In this document: piece after piece, positions 55,262-64,000 of the stretch
Layout: the number at the start of each line of letters is the position of its first letter
Numbering within the stretch: the first letter of the stretch is position 1
Assembly (NCBI GenBank): GCA_033763315.1
Contig: JANRKS010000019.1
Location: 288,001-352,000, forward strand
DNA: 64,000 bases
Direction: 5' to 3'
Source: Deltaproteobacteria bacterium
GTDB lineage: Bacteria; Myxococcota_A; Polyangia; Fen-1088
Position numbers and translations under genes: made by a program
Notes under the pieces: model-generated
What the model was told of the DNA's origin: nothing
What the model saw: the letters and a program-made list of their open reading frames with translations, nothing else
Database searches by the model: none

Positions 55262-55473
55262 TCTCTCGACCAGTCGATGTGAATCAGGTCGTCAGGATCG
55301 CCCACAACGTCATCAGGATGAGGCTCGAGCTTACTGAGCTTACGTTGAGGAACCACGGCAACGATACGAAGTAGCCTGCCGTTTCTTTCGATCTCGACTG
55401 GCTCGCCCGTTTCCAAGACGCGGTCGAGCATCCGATACAAGTTGGTGCGAAGCTCTGTCGCCTTGAGGGCCAT
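55249..55473 (-). CDS. Phd/YefM-family antitoxin
   Basis: ATELRTNLYRMLDRVLETGEPVEIERNG; overlaps PIN gene. Confidence 0.88.
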   Translation of the reverse strand: MALKATELRTNLYRMLDRVLETGEPVEIERNGRLLRIVAVVPQRKLSKLEPHPDDVVGDPDDLIHIDWSREWRP

Positions 55474-55481
55474 TGGAAAAG

Positions 55482-55500
55482 CGTACGTTAGTTACGTACG
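55482..55500. promoter_or_regulatory. Probable autoregulatory operator of the TA operon
   Basis: cgtacgt-tagtt-acgtacg inverted repeat, two CGTACG hexamers, 8 bp upstream of the antitoxin ATG. Confidence 0.6.
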
Positions 55501-55717
55501 TTTGGCTAGGGGAAGCATGGGCCGGCGATTGACACGGTCGGCAATCGCACGAGCGCTTGGCGGGAACGTTTTGCTGGGCTGCGGCGCGGATTGGCCCAGG
55601 CTGTAAAACCACGTGGAGCCTTACGTATACTTTACATCCACTCGGATATGACTATCCTGCACCATCATTCGGAACGCTGGGGGGTCGAGGCGCTCCGATT
55701 TAACCGGAGGAACGATT

Positions 55718-56617
55718 ATGCGTACGAAGATATTGGCTTTTTGTGCTGTTGCGGGTTTGGGCGCGTGGGTATTTAGCTGTTCGTCATCGGACGACGGTGT
55801 CAACAACGGCGGCTCCGGAGGCGATTCTGGAGGTGACAGCGGGTCAGCCGGCAAAGGTGGCAGCGGCGGTAAAGGCGGCAGTGGTGGCAAAGGCGGCAGC
55901 GGCGGCTCAGCCAACGGCGGCTCGGGTGGCAGCGGAACTGGCGGAAACAGCGTGGACGGCGGCAGTGGCGGCGGTGGCGCGGCGGGCGGCGGCGGTGGCT
56001 CGGCTACCGGCGGCTCAGGCGGTTCGATGCCAGCATGCGCGATGTTGCCTGCGGCAAAGAAGGTGACCTTTGAGGCGGATGCCGACCTCTGGGTCAACAA
56101 TGCCGGTTCGGATGACCGGGTGACTTCATCAACTGCCCCGGCGCTTAGCACCGCGCAGAAACACGGCGATGCCAAGTCCATGGCTCTGAGCATCAACACG
56201 GCTGACGGATTGCCCAGCGCTGGTGATGCAGGCGCCGATGCCGGTTCATCAGCAATGGCTAAACGAGCCTGGTTCTACAGCTTTAAAGGCGTAGCCACCC
56301 TCTTCGGGTACCTACAGCCTGGTAGGACGATCTCCGCTTGGATTTGGGTTCCAGCGGATCACAAGCTTGAGCAAGCCCAGTGGGTCTTCCACAGCCCTTC
56401 GGCGTTCCCAGCGGGCATGCAGTGGCAAAGCTCAAACGTCACGATTACGCCGGGCGCGTGGAGTCAAGTTTCTCTGACAATCCCAGAGATTTACAACTGC
56501 TCCAAGTTCCAAGCTGCAGGCTTCAACGAGATCGGTTTGTACATCACGGTGCCAGCCGGCCAGGCATACAACGGGACGATCTACGTTGATGACTTCGAGA
56601 TAAGCGCGAAACCCTAG
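55718..56617 (+). CDS. Lipoprotein with Gly/Ser-rich tether and a C-terminal galactose-binding-like (CBM-like) domain
   Basis: Lipobox VFSC; GGAGG RBS; TFE, TISAWIWVP, PGAWSQVSL, EIGL, GTIYVDDF jelly-roll pattern. Confidence 0.7.
   Translation: MRTKILAFCAVAGLGAWVFSCSSSDDGVNNGGSGGDSGGDSGSAGKGGSGGKGGSGGKGGSGGSANGGSGGSGTGGNSVDGGSGGGGAAGGGGGSATGGSGGSMPACAMLPAAKKVTFEADADLWVNNAGSDDRVTSSTAPALSTAQKHGDAKSMALSINTADGLPSAGDAGADAGSSAMAKRAWFYSFKGVATLFGYLQPGRTISAWIWVPADHKLEQAQWVFHSPSAFPAGMQWQSSNVTITPGAWSQVSLTIPEIYNCSKFQAAGFNEIGLYITVPAGQAYNGTIYVDDFEISAKP
55850..55906 (+). repeat. Coding tandem repeat, 3 x 18 bp (GKGGSG)
   Basis: ggcaaaggtggcagcggc ggtaaaggcggcagtggt ggcaaaggcggcagcggc. Confidence 0.8.
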
Positions 56618-56659
56618 TCAACGGTTAGGGCTTCAACGAAGCCTTCGGCGTCTGCCGCT

Positions 56660-56694
56660 AACGGGAACAGCCTCCACAAGGGTTGTTCCCGTTT
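56660..56694 (+). terminator. Hairpin, probable terminator of the lipoprotein gene
   Basis: aacgggaacagcc / ggttgttcccgtt stem followed by short T run. Confidence 0.5.
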
Positions 56695-56794
56695 CGCGTC
56701 TGCGCCCTGCATGGACGTTGTCTAGGGGGTGAAAGGCCCCCCTGAGGGAGGTCATCCTGACAGAAGGGAAGCGCAACTGAGGAAGGGTGACTTT

Positions 56795-56920
56795 TCAGAG
56801 ACGCACTCGGCATCAGCTTGGCAGGAGGCGCCCATCGGCTTTTTGCCACAGCTCTTGGCGTCGCAAACTTTGCCAGCCGCACATTGATCGTTGTTCGCGC
56901 ATTCTGAGAAACACTTGTTC
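56795..56920 (-). pseudogene. Fragment of a Cys-rich repeat protein
   Basis: NKCFSECANNDQCAAGKVCDAKSCGKKPMGASCQADAECVS without own start/RBS, abutting the Uma2 remnant. Confidence 0.55.
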
Positions 56921-57231
56921 CTCTTCGCCCCAGCACCTCGAGCGTTTGCGTCAGCGGGTTGACCAATCAAACGTGAGCCACGCCATAGGTTGCGTAGGCG
57001 TCCAGCTTTTGCGAGCGATCCATCTTTTCAGTCGACGGAGACAACACCTCGCAGAGCCAATCAGGCGCCAAATCCAGCGCAGGACTTTGCGGCAATGCCG
57101 GCAGGCGCTCTTTGTGCCACCCTGCCAGGTCGGGCGCGGCGAGGGGAGACGATCAAAGTGCCGTTGAGAATCTCGCCGACCGTGTGCTCGGGTATGCCGA
57201 ACAGGTCTTCGTAGCGAGCGCGCCGACCCAT
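56921..57231 (-). pseudogene. Uma2-family (PD-(D/E)XK) endonuclease pseudogene
   Basis: MGRRARYEDLFGIPEHTVGEILNGTLIVSPR, then frameshift to PDLAGWHKERLP..DLAPDWLCEVLSPST..DRSQKLDAYATYGVAHV*LVNPLTQTLEVL (in-frame TGA 56969-56967). Confidence 0.85.
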
Positions 57232-57340
57232 AAGGGCCAGGTTACCACGTCACCTTCGGCGCCAGACCTAGCAACCCCTCGCTGCGATCTGCCGACCCAA
57301 CCGGGTGGGCGCATCAATCCTTGACCCCGCGAAACACCAG

Positions 57341-57369
57341 TTGACATGGCGCCTCCCAGCCAATAAACG
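57341..57369 (+). promoter_or_regulatory. Candidate sigma70 promoter of pyrC-carA
   Basis: Consensus TTGACA, 17 bp, TAAACG; ATG 8 nt later. Confidence 0.5.
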
Positions 57370-57377
57370 GAAGCGCC

Positions 57378-58661
57378 ATGGAATCCATCTGCCTGCGCGG
57401 CGGGCGCGTTCTGGACCCCGCTTCGAAAACGGACGCGCGGGCGGACGTTTTGGTGGAGAACGGGCGGGTCAGCGGCATCGGCGCGAACCTGCAAGTGCCC
57501 GCAGGCGTTCGCACCATTGAGGTTGGCGACGCCTGGGTGACCCCGGGCCTCATCGACATCCACGTGCACCTGCGCGAGCCCGGCCAGGAATACAAAGAAG
57601 ACATTCTGTCCGGCACCACCAGCGCCGCCGTGGGCGGGTTCACCGCGGTGTGCTGCATGCCCAACACCAAGCCGCCCAACGACAACCGGGCGGTCACCGA
57701 ACTTATCATTCGGCGCGCCCAGGAGGTCGGGAAGGTGCGGGTTTACCCGATCGGCGCGATCACCCAGGGGCTCGAAGGCAAAGCGTTGGCCGAGATGGGC
57801 GAATTGAAGGACGCCGGCTGCGTCGCCGTTTCTGACGACGGCCGCCCCGTGATGGACAGCGAGGTCATGCGCCGCGCGTTTGAGTACGCCCGCACGTTCA
57901 ATATGGTGCTGATCCAGCACTGCGAAGATCTGTGTTTGGCCCGCGGTGGATCCATGCACGAGGGTGCCGTGTCCACGCGGGCGGGCATTCGGGCGCAGCC
58001 GTCTGTGGCCGAATCGGCGATGGTGGCGCGCGATCTTGAACTCGTGGCGTTGACCGGCGCGCGTTACCACGTGGCCCACATCAGCGCTGCGGAATCGATT
58101 CGCTTGGTGCGCGAGGCGAAGCAACGTGGTTTGCCTGTAACGGCCGAAGTGACGCCGCATCACCTGGTGCTGACCGACGAAGCGTGTGCCACTTACGACA
58201 CAAACACAAAGATGAACCCGCCACTACGTGCCTCGCGCGATGTGGAAGCGGCGCGCGCCGCATTGATCGATGGCACGATCGATTGCATCGCCACCGACCA
58301 CGCGCCGCACTCGCCCGTGGAAAAGGACGTTGAGTTCGAGCAGGCCGCTTTTGGTGTGATCGGGCTTGAAACGGCCATCCCGCTGACCATCGATATGGTC
58401 GCCAACAAGCAAATGTCGGCGCTTGATTGGGTGGAACGCCTCACGTTGGCGCCCGCGCGGGTGCTGGGGCTGCCGGGAGGCCGGCTGGAAGTGGGGGCTG
58501 TGGCCGATATTGCTGTGATAAACCCCAACGCCCCCTGGACCTTCAGCAAAGAAGCCGTAGTCTCGCGGTCGAAGAACAGCCCGTTTTTGGGGCAAGCCAT
58601 GAAAGGCAAGGCCGTGCTAACCATGGTGGGCGGGCGCATTGTCCACCAAACCCTGACCTAG
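57378..58661 (+). CDS. pyrC: Dihydroorotase
   Basis: PGLIDIHVHLREPG, MPNT.P, SDDG, HCED, EVTPHH, KMNPPLR, ATDHAPH. Confidence 0.96.
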   Translation: MESICLRGGRVLDPASKTDARADVLVENGRVSGIGANLQVPAGVRTIEVGDAWVTPGLIDIHVHLREPGQEYKEDILSGTTSAAVGGFTAVCCMPNTKPPNDNRAVTELIIRRAQEVGKVRVYPIGAITQGLEGKALAEMGELKDAGCVAVSDDGRPVMDSEVMRRAFEYARTFNMVLIQHCEDLCLARGGSMHEGAVSTRAGIRAQPSVAESAMVARDLELVALTGARYHVAHISAAESIRLVREAKQRGLPVTAEVTPHHLVLTDEACATYDTNTKMNPPLRASRDVEAARAALIDGTIDCIATDHAPHSPVEKDVEFEQAAFGVIGLETAIPLTIDMVANKQMSALDWVERLTLAPARVLGLPGGRLEVGAVADIAVINPNAPWTFSKEAVVSRSKNSPFLGQAMKGKAVLTMVGGRIVHQTLT

Positions 58662-58703
58662 TTCGTTTGATCGCCTATAAAGCATTAAGAAGGAGCCCCG
58701 CGC

Positions 58704-59861
58704 GTGAGCCAAACCGTAGCAACCGAGGAACTGTCAGGGACGCCAGCATTGTTGGCCTTGGAAGATGGAACTGTCTTCCGTGGGCAAGCGTTCGGCGCCG
58801 ACACCGATGGCCTTGGCGAGCTGGTCTTCAATACGGCGATCACGGGCTATCAAGAGGTGCTGACCGATCCTTCTTACAAGGGTCAAATTGTGATGATGAC
58901 GGCGCCACAGATCGGCAACGTCGGCGTGAACCCCGAGGATTTCGAATCGCGCCAACCGTTCTGTTCAGGTTTCGTCGTGCGCGAACTATCCGCGCGCGTT
59001 TCCAATTGGCGCGCCAACGGATCGTTGGGTGCGCTCATGGCGAAATACGGTGTGTCAGGCATTGCCGGCATCGATACACGTGCGGTTACGCGGCGCTTGC
59101 GCATCTCGGGCGCACAACGGGCGATCATTTCTCGCAACGTCAACGATGTGGAAGGCGCCGTTCGCAAAGCACAAGCCCATCGCTCGATGGAAGGCTGCGA
59201 TCTCACCCAAACCGTCACAGCACCCGAGGCTTATGAATGGCACGAAGGTTTGTGGCAAGCGCCAGGGCACGCCAAGCCTTTGCCGCCTGAGAAGCACCAC
59301 GTGGTGGCGTATGACTTCGGCATCAAGCGCGGCATCTTGCGGCACCTGCGCCAGACCGGTTGCAAGGTCACCGTGGTGCCTGCCAGCACGTCAGCAAAAG
59401 ATGTGTTGAAGCTCAAGCCCACAGGCGTGTTTTTGTCGAATGGCCCTGGCGATCCCGCGCCGGTGGATTACGCCATTGAGTCCGTCAAAGAAATCGTCGC
59501 CTCAAAGACGCCACTGTTTGGTATTTGCCTTGGCCACCAAATCCTGGGTCTCGCGTTGGGGGGCAAAACTTACAAGTTGAAGTTCGGGCACCACGGCGCG
59601 AACCACCCCGTGATGGATATGTCGACGGGCAAGGTTGAGATCACGTCACAGAACCACGGGTTTTGCGTGGACGTTGATTCATTGGCTGGCAAAGCCGTGC
59701 TCACGCACGTCAACCTCAACGACAAAACAGTTGAAGGTTTGCGCCACGAGAGCCTTCCCGTATTCAGCGTGCAATACCACCCCGAAGCGTCTCCGGGACC
59801 GAACGACTCGGGATATTTGTTTGGCCGCTTCGTCCGCTTGATGGACGAGCACAAGTGGTAG
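58704..59861 (+). CDS. carA: Carbamoyl-phosphate synthase small subunit
   Basis: [49 protein letters not shown]. Confidence 0.97.
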   Translation: MSQTVATEELSGTPALLALEDGTVFRGQAFGADTDGLGELVFNTAITGYQEVLTDPSYKGQIVMMTAPQIGNVGVNPEDFESRQPFCSGFVVRELSARVSNWRANGSLGALMAKYGVSGIAGIDTRAVTRRLRISGAQRAIISRNVNDVEGAVRKAQAHRSMEGCDLTQTVTAPEAYEWHEGLWQAPGHAKPLPPEKHHVVAYDFGIKRGILRHLRQTGCKVTVVPASTSAKDVLKLKPTGVFLSNGPGDPAPVDYAIESVKEIVASKTPLFGICLGHQILGLALGGKTYKLKFGHHGANHPVMDMSTGKVEITSQNHGFCVDVDSLAGKAVLTHVNLNDKTVEGLRHESLPVFSVQYHPEASPGPNDSGYLFGRFVRLMDEHKW

Positions 59862-60586
59862 CAGAGAGATCTCCATCTCCTAATAGCAGCGAGGAAATGA
59901 CCGCGGCCGAGGCCGGTGTGGCCTTGTTGCACCGGACGGCCGAACTGCTGGTGTCGCGTTTCGCGGAGGGCGATTTCCGTGACGAGGCCACGCGGGCGAA
60001 GTCCGAGTACTTTGAGCTCGGCGGGAAGGTTTTCGATGACGACGGTGACGTCTTCGAGGCGCGCTTGGCGTCCTTCCTTGAGTGGTATGTGATCGAGCGG
60101 CCGTTGCAAAAGCACGGCGTTGCGCCGGTGCGCGTGTGGCTGCGTGAGCTGGCACCGGACTCAGACACCGCGCGTGCCTTGGCGGTGCTGGCCACCAGCC
60201 ACCGCAGTTTGTTCGACGTTGGCGCCGTCACCGAACACGCCGTGGAGCTTGAAGACCTTTTGGGTGGCGCCCGCTTCTCTGTGACCGAGAGGCGCAGCAC
60301 GGTGGGCTTTGAACCCGGGCAGATCGTTGAAGCCCGGCTGTTGTGGGATGGCGAGCGCGTGGTGTTTGGCAAAACGTTCTTGTTTCACCCACGCGAAGCA
60401 CGCCAAGAGGTGTTGGATCTTGTGGACCACGGCTTATCCACGTCGCTGTCGCCCAACGACATTCTTTTCCAACTCGCTCGCTTGCATTTGCGTTGGTACC
60501 GCAGCCGTCAGATCTCCGCCGTTCGTATCTACGGCGAATCACGCGTCGCTGTTCCTTCTGAAACGCCAACTTCAGAACGCGCCTGA
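59855..60586 (+). CDS. Conserved hypothetical protein
   Basis: Long ORF with host codon bias in operon position; FLEWY, SLFDV, LEDLLGG pattern. Confidence 0.65.
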   Translation: MVAERSPSPNSSEEMTAAEAGVALLHRTAELLVSRFAEGDFRDEATRAKSEYFELGGKVFDDDGDVFEARLASFLEWYVIERPLQKHGVAPVRVWLRELAPDSDTARALAVLATSHRSLFDVGAVTEHAVELEDLLGGARFSVTERRSTVGFEPGQIVEARLLWDGERVVFGKTFLFHPREARQEVLDLVDHGLSTSLSPNDILFQLARLHLRWYRSRQISAVRIYGESRVAVPSETPTSERA

Positions 60587-60630
60587 CTGCGTTCACAACG
60601 TTCGTCCGCAACTCGTGTAAACTTGGCGGT

Positions 60631-61857
60631 ATGTCAGCACCGCGCGCCAAGCGCATCACGCTAGGGGTCACCGGCGGCATCGCAGCTTATAAGGCGGCAG
60701 AACTATGTCGGCTGCTGGTCAAAGAAGGCGCCGAGGTGCGTGTGGTGATGACGCCGGCGGCGGAGTCGTTCATCACACCGCTGACGCTGCAAACCTTGTC
60801 GGGGCACAAGGTGGGCCGAACGCTGCTTGACGCCTCTGAAGAAGCTGAAATCGGCCACATCCGCTTGGCGGACGAAACAGAGCTCATAGTGGTGGCGCCA
60901 GCCAGCGCCGATGCCATCGCACGCATGGCGGCCGGCATGGCCAATGATTTGTTGACGGCCGTGGTGTTGGCCACGCGGGCCCCAGTTTTGTTGGCGCCCG
61001 CCATGAACGTGAACATGTGGGAAAACCCACTGACGCAAGCGAACCTCGCGCGCTTGCTAAACACGGGCCGCTTCTTCACCGTTGGGCCCGATGCGGGTGC
61101 TTTGGCGTGCGGGTGGATAGGGGCGGGGCGCATGATGGAGCCCGCAGCCATTCGCGACGCCGTCGTCGAACGGTTTGCGCGTGCGGGTGAGTTGGCGGGC
61201 AAACACGTGGTGATCACCGCGGGGCCAACCTTCGAGCCGGTGGATGCCGTGCGTTTTTTGGGGAACCGCTCTTCGGGCAAGATGGGGTTTGCGCTGGCCG
61301 CCGAGGCCGCGGAACGAGGCGCACACGTGACCCTGGTGGCGGGGCCCGTCAGCCTGCCCACGCCCAGTGGCGACATCGACCGCATCAACGTGCAAACCGC
61401 GCTGCAAATGCAAGCGGCTGTGCAGCAAGCCGCCGCCAACAGCGACGCGGTGATTATGACCGCCGCCGTCGCTGATTTTCGGCCGCTTGACGCCGCCTCG
61501 GGCAAGCTGTCGCGGCGTGAGGGCCCCACGCCGCCCTTGGCTTTGACCGCCAATCCCGACATCCTTGCCGGGCTCGGCGCAAGCCGAACGGGCGGGCGGC
61601 CCTTGCTTGTGGGCTTCGCGGCCGAAGTCCTTTCCGACCCTTTGGCGCTGCAGGCACGCGCACTACAGAAAATGGCCGAGAAACGCTGCGATGCCATCGT
61701 GGCCAACGACGTCGGTGACCCATCCATTGGCTTTGGCAGCGAGGAAAACGCCGGGGCTCTGCTGTTTGCTGACGGTGCCGTGGTGGACTTACCCCAGGCC
61801 AGCAAGCGAGCCTTTGCCAGCGCGGTCTGGAACCACTTGGTGGGGCGCTTGCCGTAG
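60631..61857 (+). CDS. coaBC: Phosphopantothenoylcysteine decarboxylase / phosphopantothenate--cysteine ligase
   Basis: GVTGGIAAYK, HI.LA, APAMN..MW, LACG..G.GR, TAGPT.E.VD.VRF..NRSSGKMG, AAVADF, GFAAE. Confidence 0.97.
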   Translation: MSAPRAKRITLGVTGGIAAYKAAELCRLLVKEGAEVRVVMTPAAESFITPLTLQTLSGHKVGRTLLDASEEAEIGHIRLADETELIVVAPASADAIARMAAGMANDLLTAVVLATRAPVLLAPAMNVNMWENPLTQANLARLLNTGRFFTVGPDAGALACGWIGAGRMMEPAAIRDAVVERFARAGELAGKHVVITAGPTFEPVDAVRFLGNRSSGKMGFALAAEAAERGAHVTLVAGPVSLPTPSGDIDRINVQTALQMQAAVQQAAANSDAVIMTAAVADFRPLDAASGKLSRREGPTPPLALTANPDILAGLGASRTGGRPLLVGFAAEVLSDPLALQARALQKMAEKRCDAIVANDVGDPSIGFGSEENAGALLFADGAVVDLPQASKRAFASAVWNHLVGRLP

Positions 61858-61910
61858 CGCCACGGCCACTTCGCGTTTACATGACCTGGCGGTTCGGCTA
61901 GGGTGCTCGG

Positions 61911-62888
61911 GTGTCCCTCCGACGCGAAGAGCTCCTTGAAAACTACAGGGAAACCGCCGGCCAATGTTTGCTCGCCGCGGGCGACAGTTTGGCGCGCCGC
62001 CAGTTCATGACCGGCCCCCTGCGCGGCAGCGTGGCGCGTTGGGAGGGCGAGGACACGGAAGATTTTCACGGCACTTTGGCATCGGTTTGGCTGTGGTCGC
62101 GTGCCCAGCTCGTGTCAGGCGAGGCGCGTTTTGGTCTGAACGTGGGCGCCGCTTGGCACTTCATCGAGGGCGCTTGGGATCGCTTAGTGCCCGCGTCCCT
62201 CAGCGAAGAGGCCAGTGACGAGGCCGTGTTTGATTGCGCGCTTGTTTTACGTGCCGGCCTGGCTACGTTCTCGCTCACACGCAGCGGGGATTGGCGCCGC
62301 TATGCCGACCGCGCGGCGCGTTTGCTTGCCGCGTATTTGGGTGATCTCGAGGACAAAACCTTGCGCGGCTTTTCCGATCCTGGCTTCGCGGTGTGGCAGC
62401 TGGCGGACTACGCAAGAGCCACAGGCGATCGTGGGTTGTTGTCGGCGGTGGCGCGGTTCGTGGATCGCACTTGGAGCACGAAGGTGGCACCCAATTTCAA
62501 GAACGAGCCGCAAGTCACCGACGACTTGTTCGATTTCGTCAGCACCGCGGCCACAAGCACGCTGGCTCTCATGGCCGCTGAAGGCGAGACGCCGTTTGTG
62601 GGAAGCTGGCTGCGCGAGCGTGTGGCACCACATTTCCCCGCGACCTTTACGTCGCGCGCGCAGGATGAGAACAGTTGGAACGCCTGTGTCGCCGCGGCCG
62701 CCGGTCGTGCATACGTGATCTCTCACGACGATCGCTATCTGGCGTGCCACCAGGACATCACAAAAGAACTGATGCACCGGGCGCAGCTCACCGGCGGGGC
62801 CCCGGGCCGGGCCTTGGGCTTTGGCGCCGAAACTTTGCCCACGTTCTTTTACGGCGTGGCGCTCGACTCGTTGGTTGTGGGGCGATGA
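61911..62888 (+). CDS. Hypothetical alpha-helical protein
   Basis: 325-aa ORF, host codon bias, ATGA overlap with UDG; helical-hairpin pattern (ARATGDRGLL, ISHDDRYL). Confidence 0.6.
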   Translation: MSLRREELLENYRETAGQCLLAAGDSLARRQFMTGPLRGSVARWEGEDTEDFHGTLASVWLWSRAQLVSGEARFGLNVGAAWHFIEGAWDRLVPASLSEEASDEAVFDCALVLRAGLATFSLTRSGDWRRYADRAARLLAAYLGDLEDKTLRGFSDPGFAVWQLADYARATGDRGLLSAVARFVDRTWSTKVAPNFKNEPQVTDDLFDFVSTAATSTLALMAAEGETPFVGSWLRERVAPHFPATFTSRAQDENSWNACVAAAAGRAYVISHDDRYLACHQDITKELMHRAQLTGGAPGRALGFGAETLPTFFYGVALDSLVVGR

Positions 62889-63700
62889 GCGATCCACGCG
62901 CTGAACTTCGCGCGCTTACCGCCCAATTTCGCACGCGCTTGGCCTGGTCCGCCCGCTGGGGCGCTTTGGGCGTGCCCGGTGGAGCCAGTCCGCGCACCCT
63001 CACGGTTGACCCCGGACCCGCGCAAACGCCGCACGATGCGAAACCAGCCGAAGAAGAAATCGTGCCTCTGTCGACGGGCGGCGAAGGCGCATGTGTGGGG
63101 CAGGCGCCCGCGGTTCATGCGGATGGTTTGGCGCTCGTACGCGAAGAGATCGGCGATTGCCAGCGTTGTGGCCTGTGCCAGACGCGCAAGAACATCGTGT
63201 TTGGTGTGGGCAACCCGAACGCCGATCTCGTGTTTGTGGGCGAAGCGCCGGGCGGCGATGAAGACGCGCAAGGCGAACCGTTTGTGGGTGCCGCTGGGCA
63301 GTTGCTCACGAAAATGATCGAAGCCATGGGCTTCTCTCGCGACAGTGTCTATATCTGCAATGTCATCAAGTGCCGGCCACCTGGCAACCGCAACCCGCTG
63401 CCTGAAGAGGTGGCGGCATGTGAGCCGTTCTTGAAAAAACAACTGGCTACCCTGCAGCCCCGCCTGATCGTGGCGCTGGGTAAATTTGCCGCGCATTGCT
63501 TGCTTCGCACGGAAACGCCCATCACGCGTTTGCGCGGCACGTGGGGCACGTACGAAGGCATCGCCACGATGCCCACCTTTCACCCGGCCTATTTGCTGCG
63601 TAACCCCGATGGCAAGCGCTTTGTGTGGCAGGATCTGAAGGCGGTTCTCGCGTCGCTTAAGCAAATGGGCATCGAACCGCCGCATCCACCCCGGGCCTAA
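62885..63700 (+). CDS. Uracil-DNA glycosylase family 4 (Fe-S)
   Basis: [35 protein letters not shown]; start ATG 62885. Confidence 0.94.
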   Translation: MSDPRAELRALTAQFRTRLAWSARWGALGVPGGASPRTLTVDPGPAQTPHDAKPAEEEIVPLSTGGEGACVGQAPAVHADGLALVREEIGDCQRCGLCQTRKNIVFGVGNPNADLVFVGEAPGGDEDAQGEPFVGAAGQLLTKMIEAMGFSRDSVYICNVIKCRPPGNRNPLPEEVAACEPFLKKQLATLQPRLIVALGKFAAHCLLRTETPITRLRGTWGTYEGIATMPTFHPAYLLRNPDGKRFVWQDLKAVLASLKQMGIEPPHPPRA

Positions 63701-63745
63701 AGCTTTTCCAGCCGCCTGTCGATGACCCTCCCTAGGGGTTCCGTC

Positions 63746-64000
63746 ATGCGCATCACAGGCCCGCAGCAAGATGTGTCACTGCCGCCGTCTATCTCGACAG
63801 GGCTGCAAAACCGCGACGAACGCGCTGGCCTGGATCGCAGCAGCGTGCGTCCGGTTCAAGTGAGCCTGTCCGAAGAGGCGCAAGACAAGCTCAAGCAGCG
63901 TGCGGCTGGGGGCGAGCCCAAGACCGAGAAAAGCAAGCGCGACGGCGGTGAAGCGGTCAAGCCCGAGGGCAAGGAGCTCAGTGCCGACGAGCAGGAGCAA
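63746..64000 (+). CDS. Partial ORF, possibly SprA-related family
   Basis: Open to window end: MRITGPQQ...VQVSLSEEAQ...GKELSADEQEQ; family guess rests only on N-terminal character. Confidence 0.45.
   Translation, partial: MRITGPQQDVSLPPSISTGLQNRDERAGLDRSSVRPVQVSLSEEAQDKLKQRAAGGEPKTEKSKRDGGEAVKPEGKELSADEQEQ

Noticed and set aside
56967-56969. TGA at a conserved Trp position as evidence of an alternative genetic code
   Set aside because: The gene also has a deletion and a frameshift; TGA is a normal stop in many intact genes here and Trp is TGG elsewhere.
60687-62069. 460-aa antisense ORF (also 40310-41491, 57153-58163, 36850-37767 and similar)
   Set aside because: Antisense shadows of clearly identified genes, expected in high-GC DNA, with no recognisable motifs.

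Overview
GC-rich (roughly 60-65% by eye), gene-dense bacterial chromosomal segment. Gene content strongly suggests Myxococcota or a related deltaproteobacterial lineage: Hanks-type Ser/Thr kinases, an FHA protein, HEAT-repeat and VWA lipoproteins, an AgmX/TonB-C-like domain, a Uma2 remnant and a GAFTDA-type sigma54 activator. The housekeeping backbone comprises lysC, ilvE, murB, selO, tRNA-Val(CAC), hisS, pyrR-pyrB-(insert)-pyrC-carA, coaBC and UDG. The main accessory systems are (i) a receptor-topology Ser/Thr kinase operon with a duplicated-domain lipoprotein, an outer-membrane barrel and a type-1-copper cupredoxin; (ii) an OM barrel / FecR-like lipoprotein / kinase-TonB-C operon; (iii) a seven-gene corA - C39 peptidase - RimK-like ligase - GCS2 ligase - formylglutamate amidohydrolase - pseudo-receiver sigma54 activator - treZ operon; (iv) a ~5.3 kb insertion splitting pyrB from pyrC that carries a nucleotidyltransferase pair, ABC-F, vapBC, a Gly-rich lipoprotein and decayed genes; (v) a 164-bp CTAG-bounded nested palindromic element. 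No CRISPR array, rRNA, integrase or transposase was seen. All product calls come from motif recognition by eye; no database searches were run.
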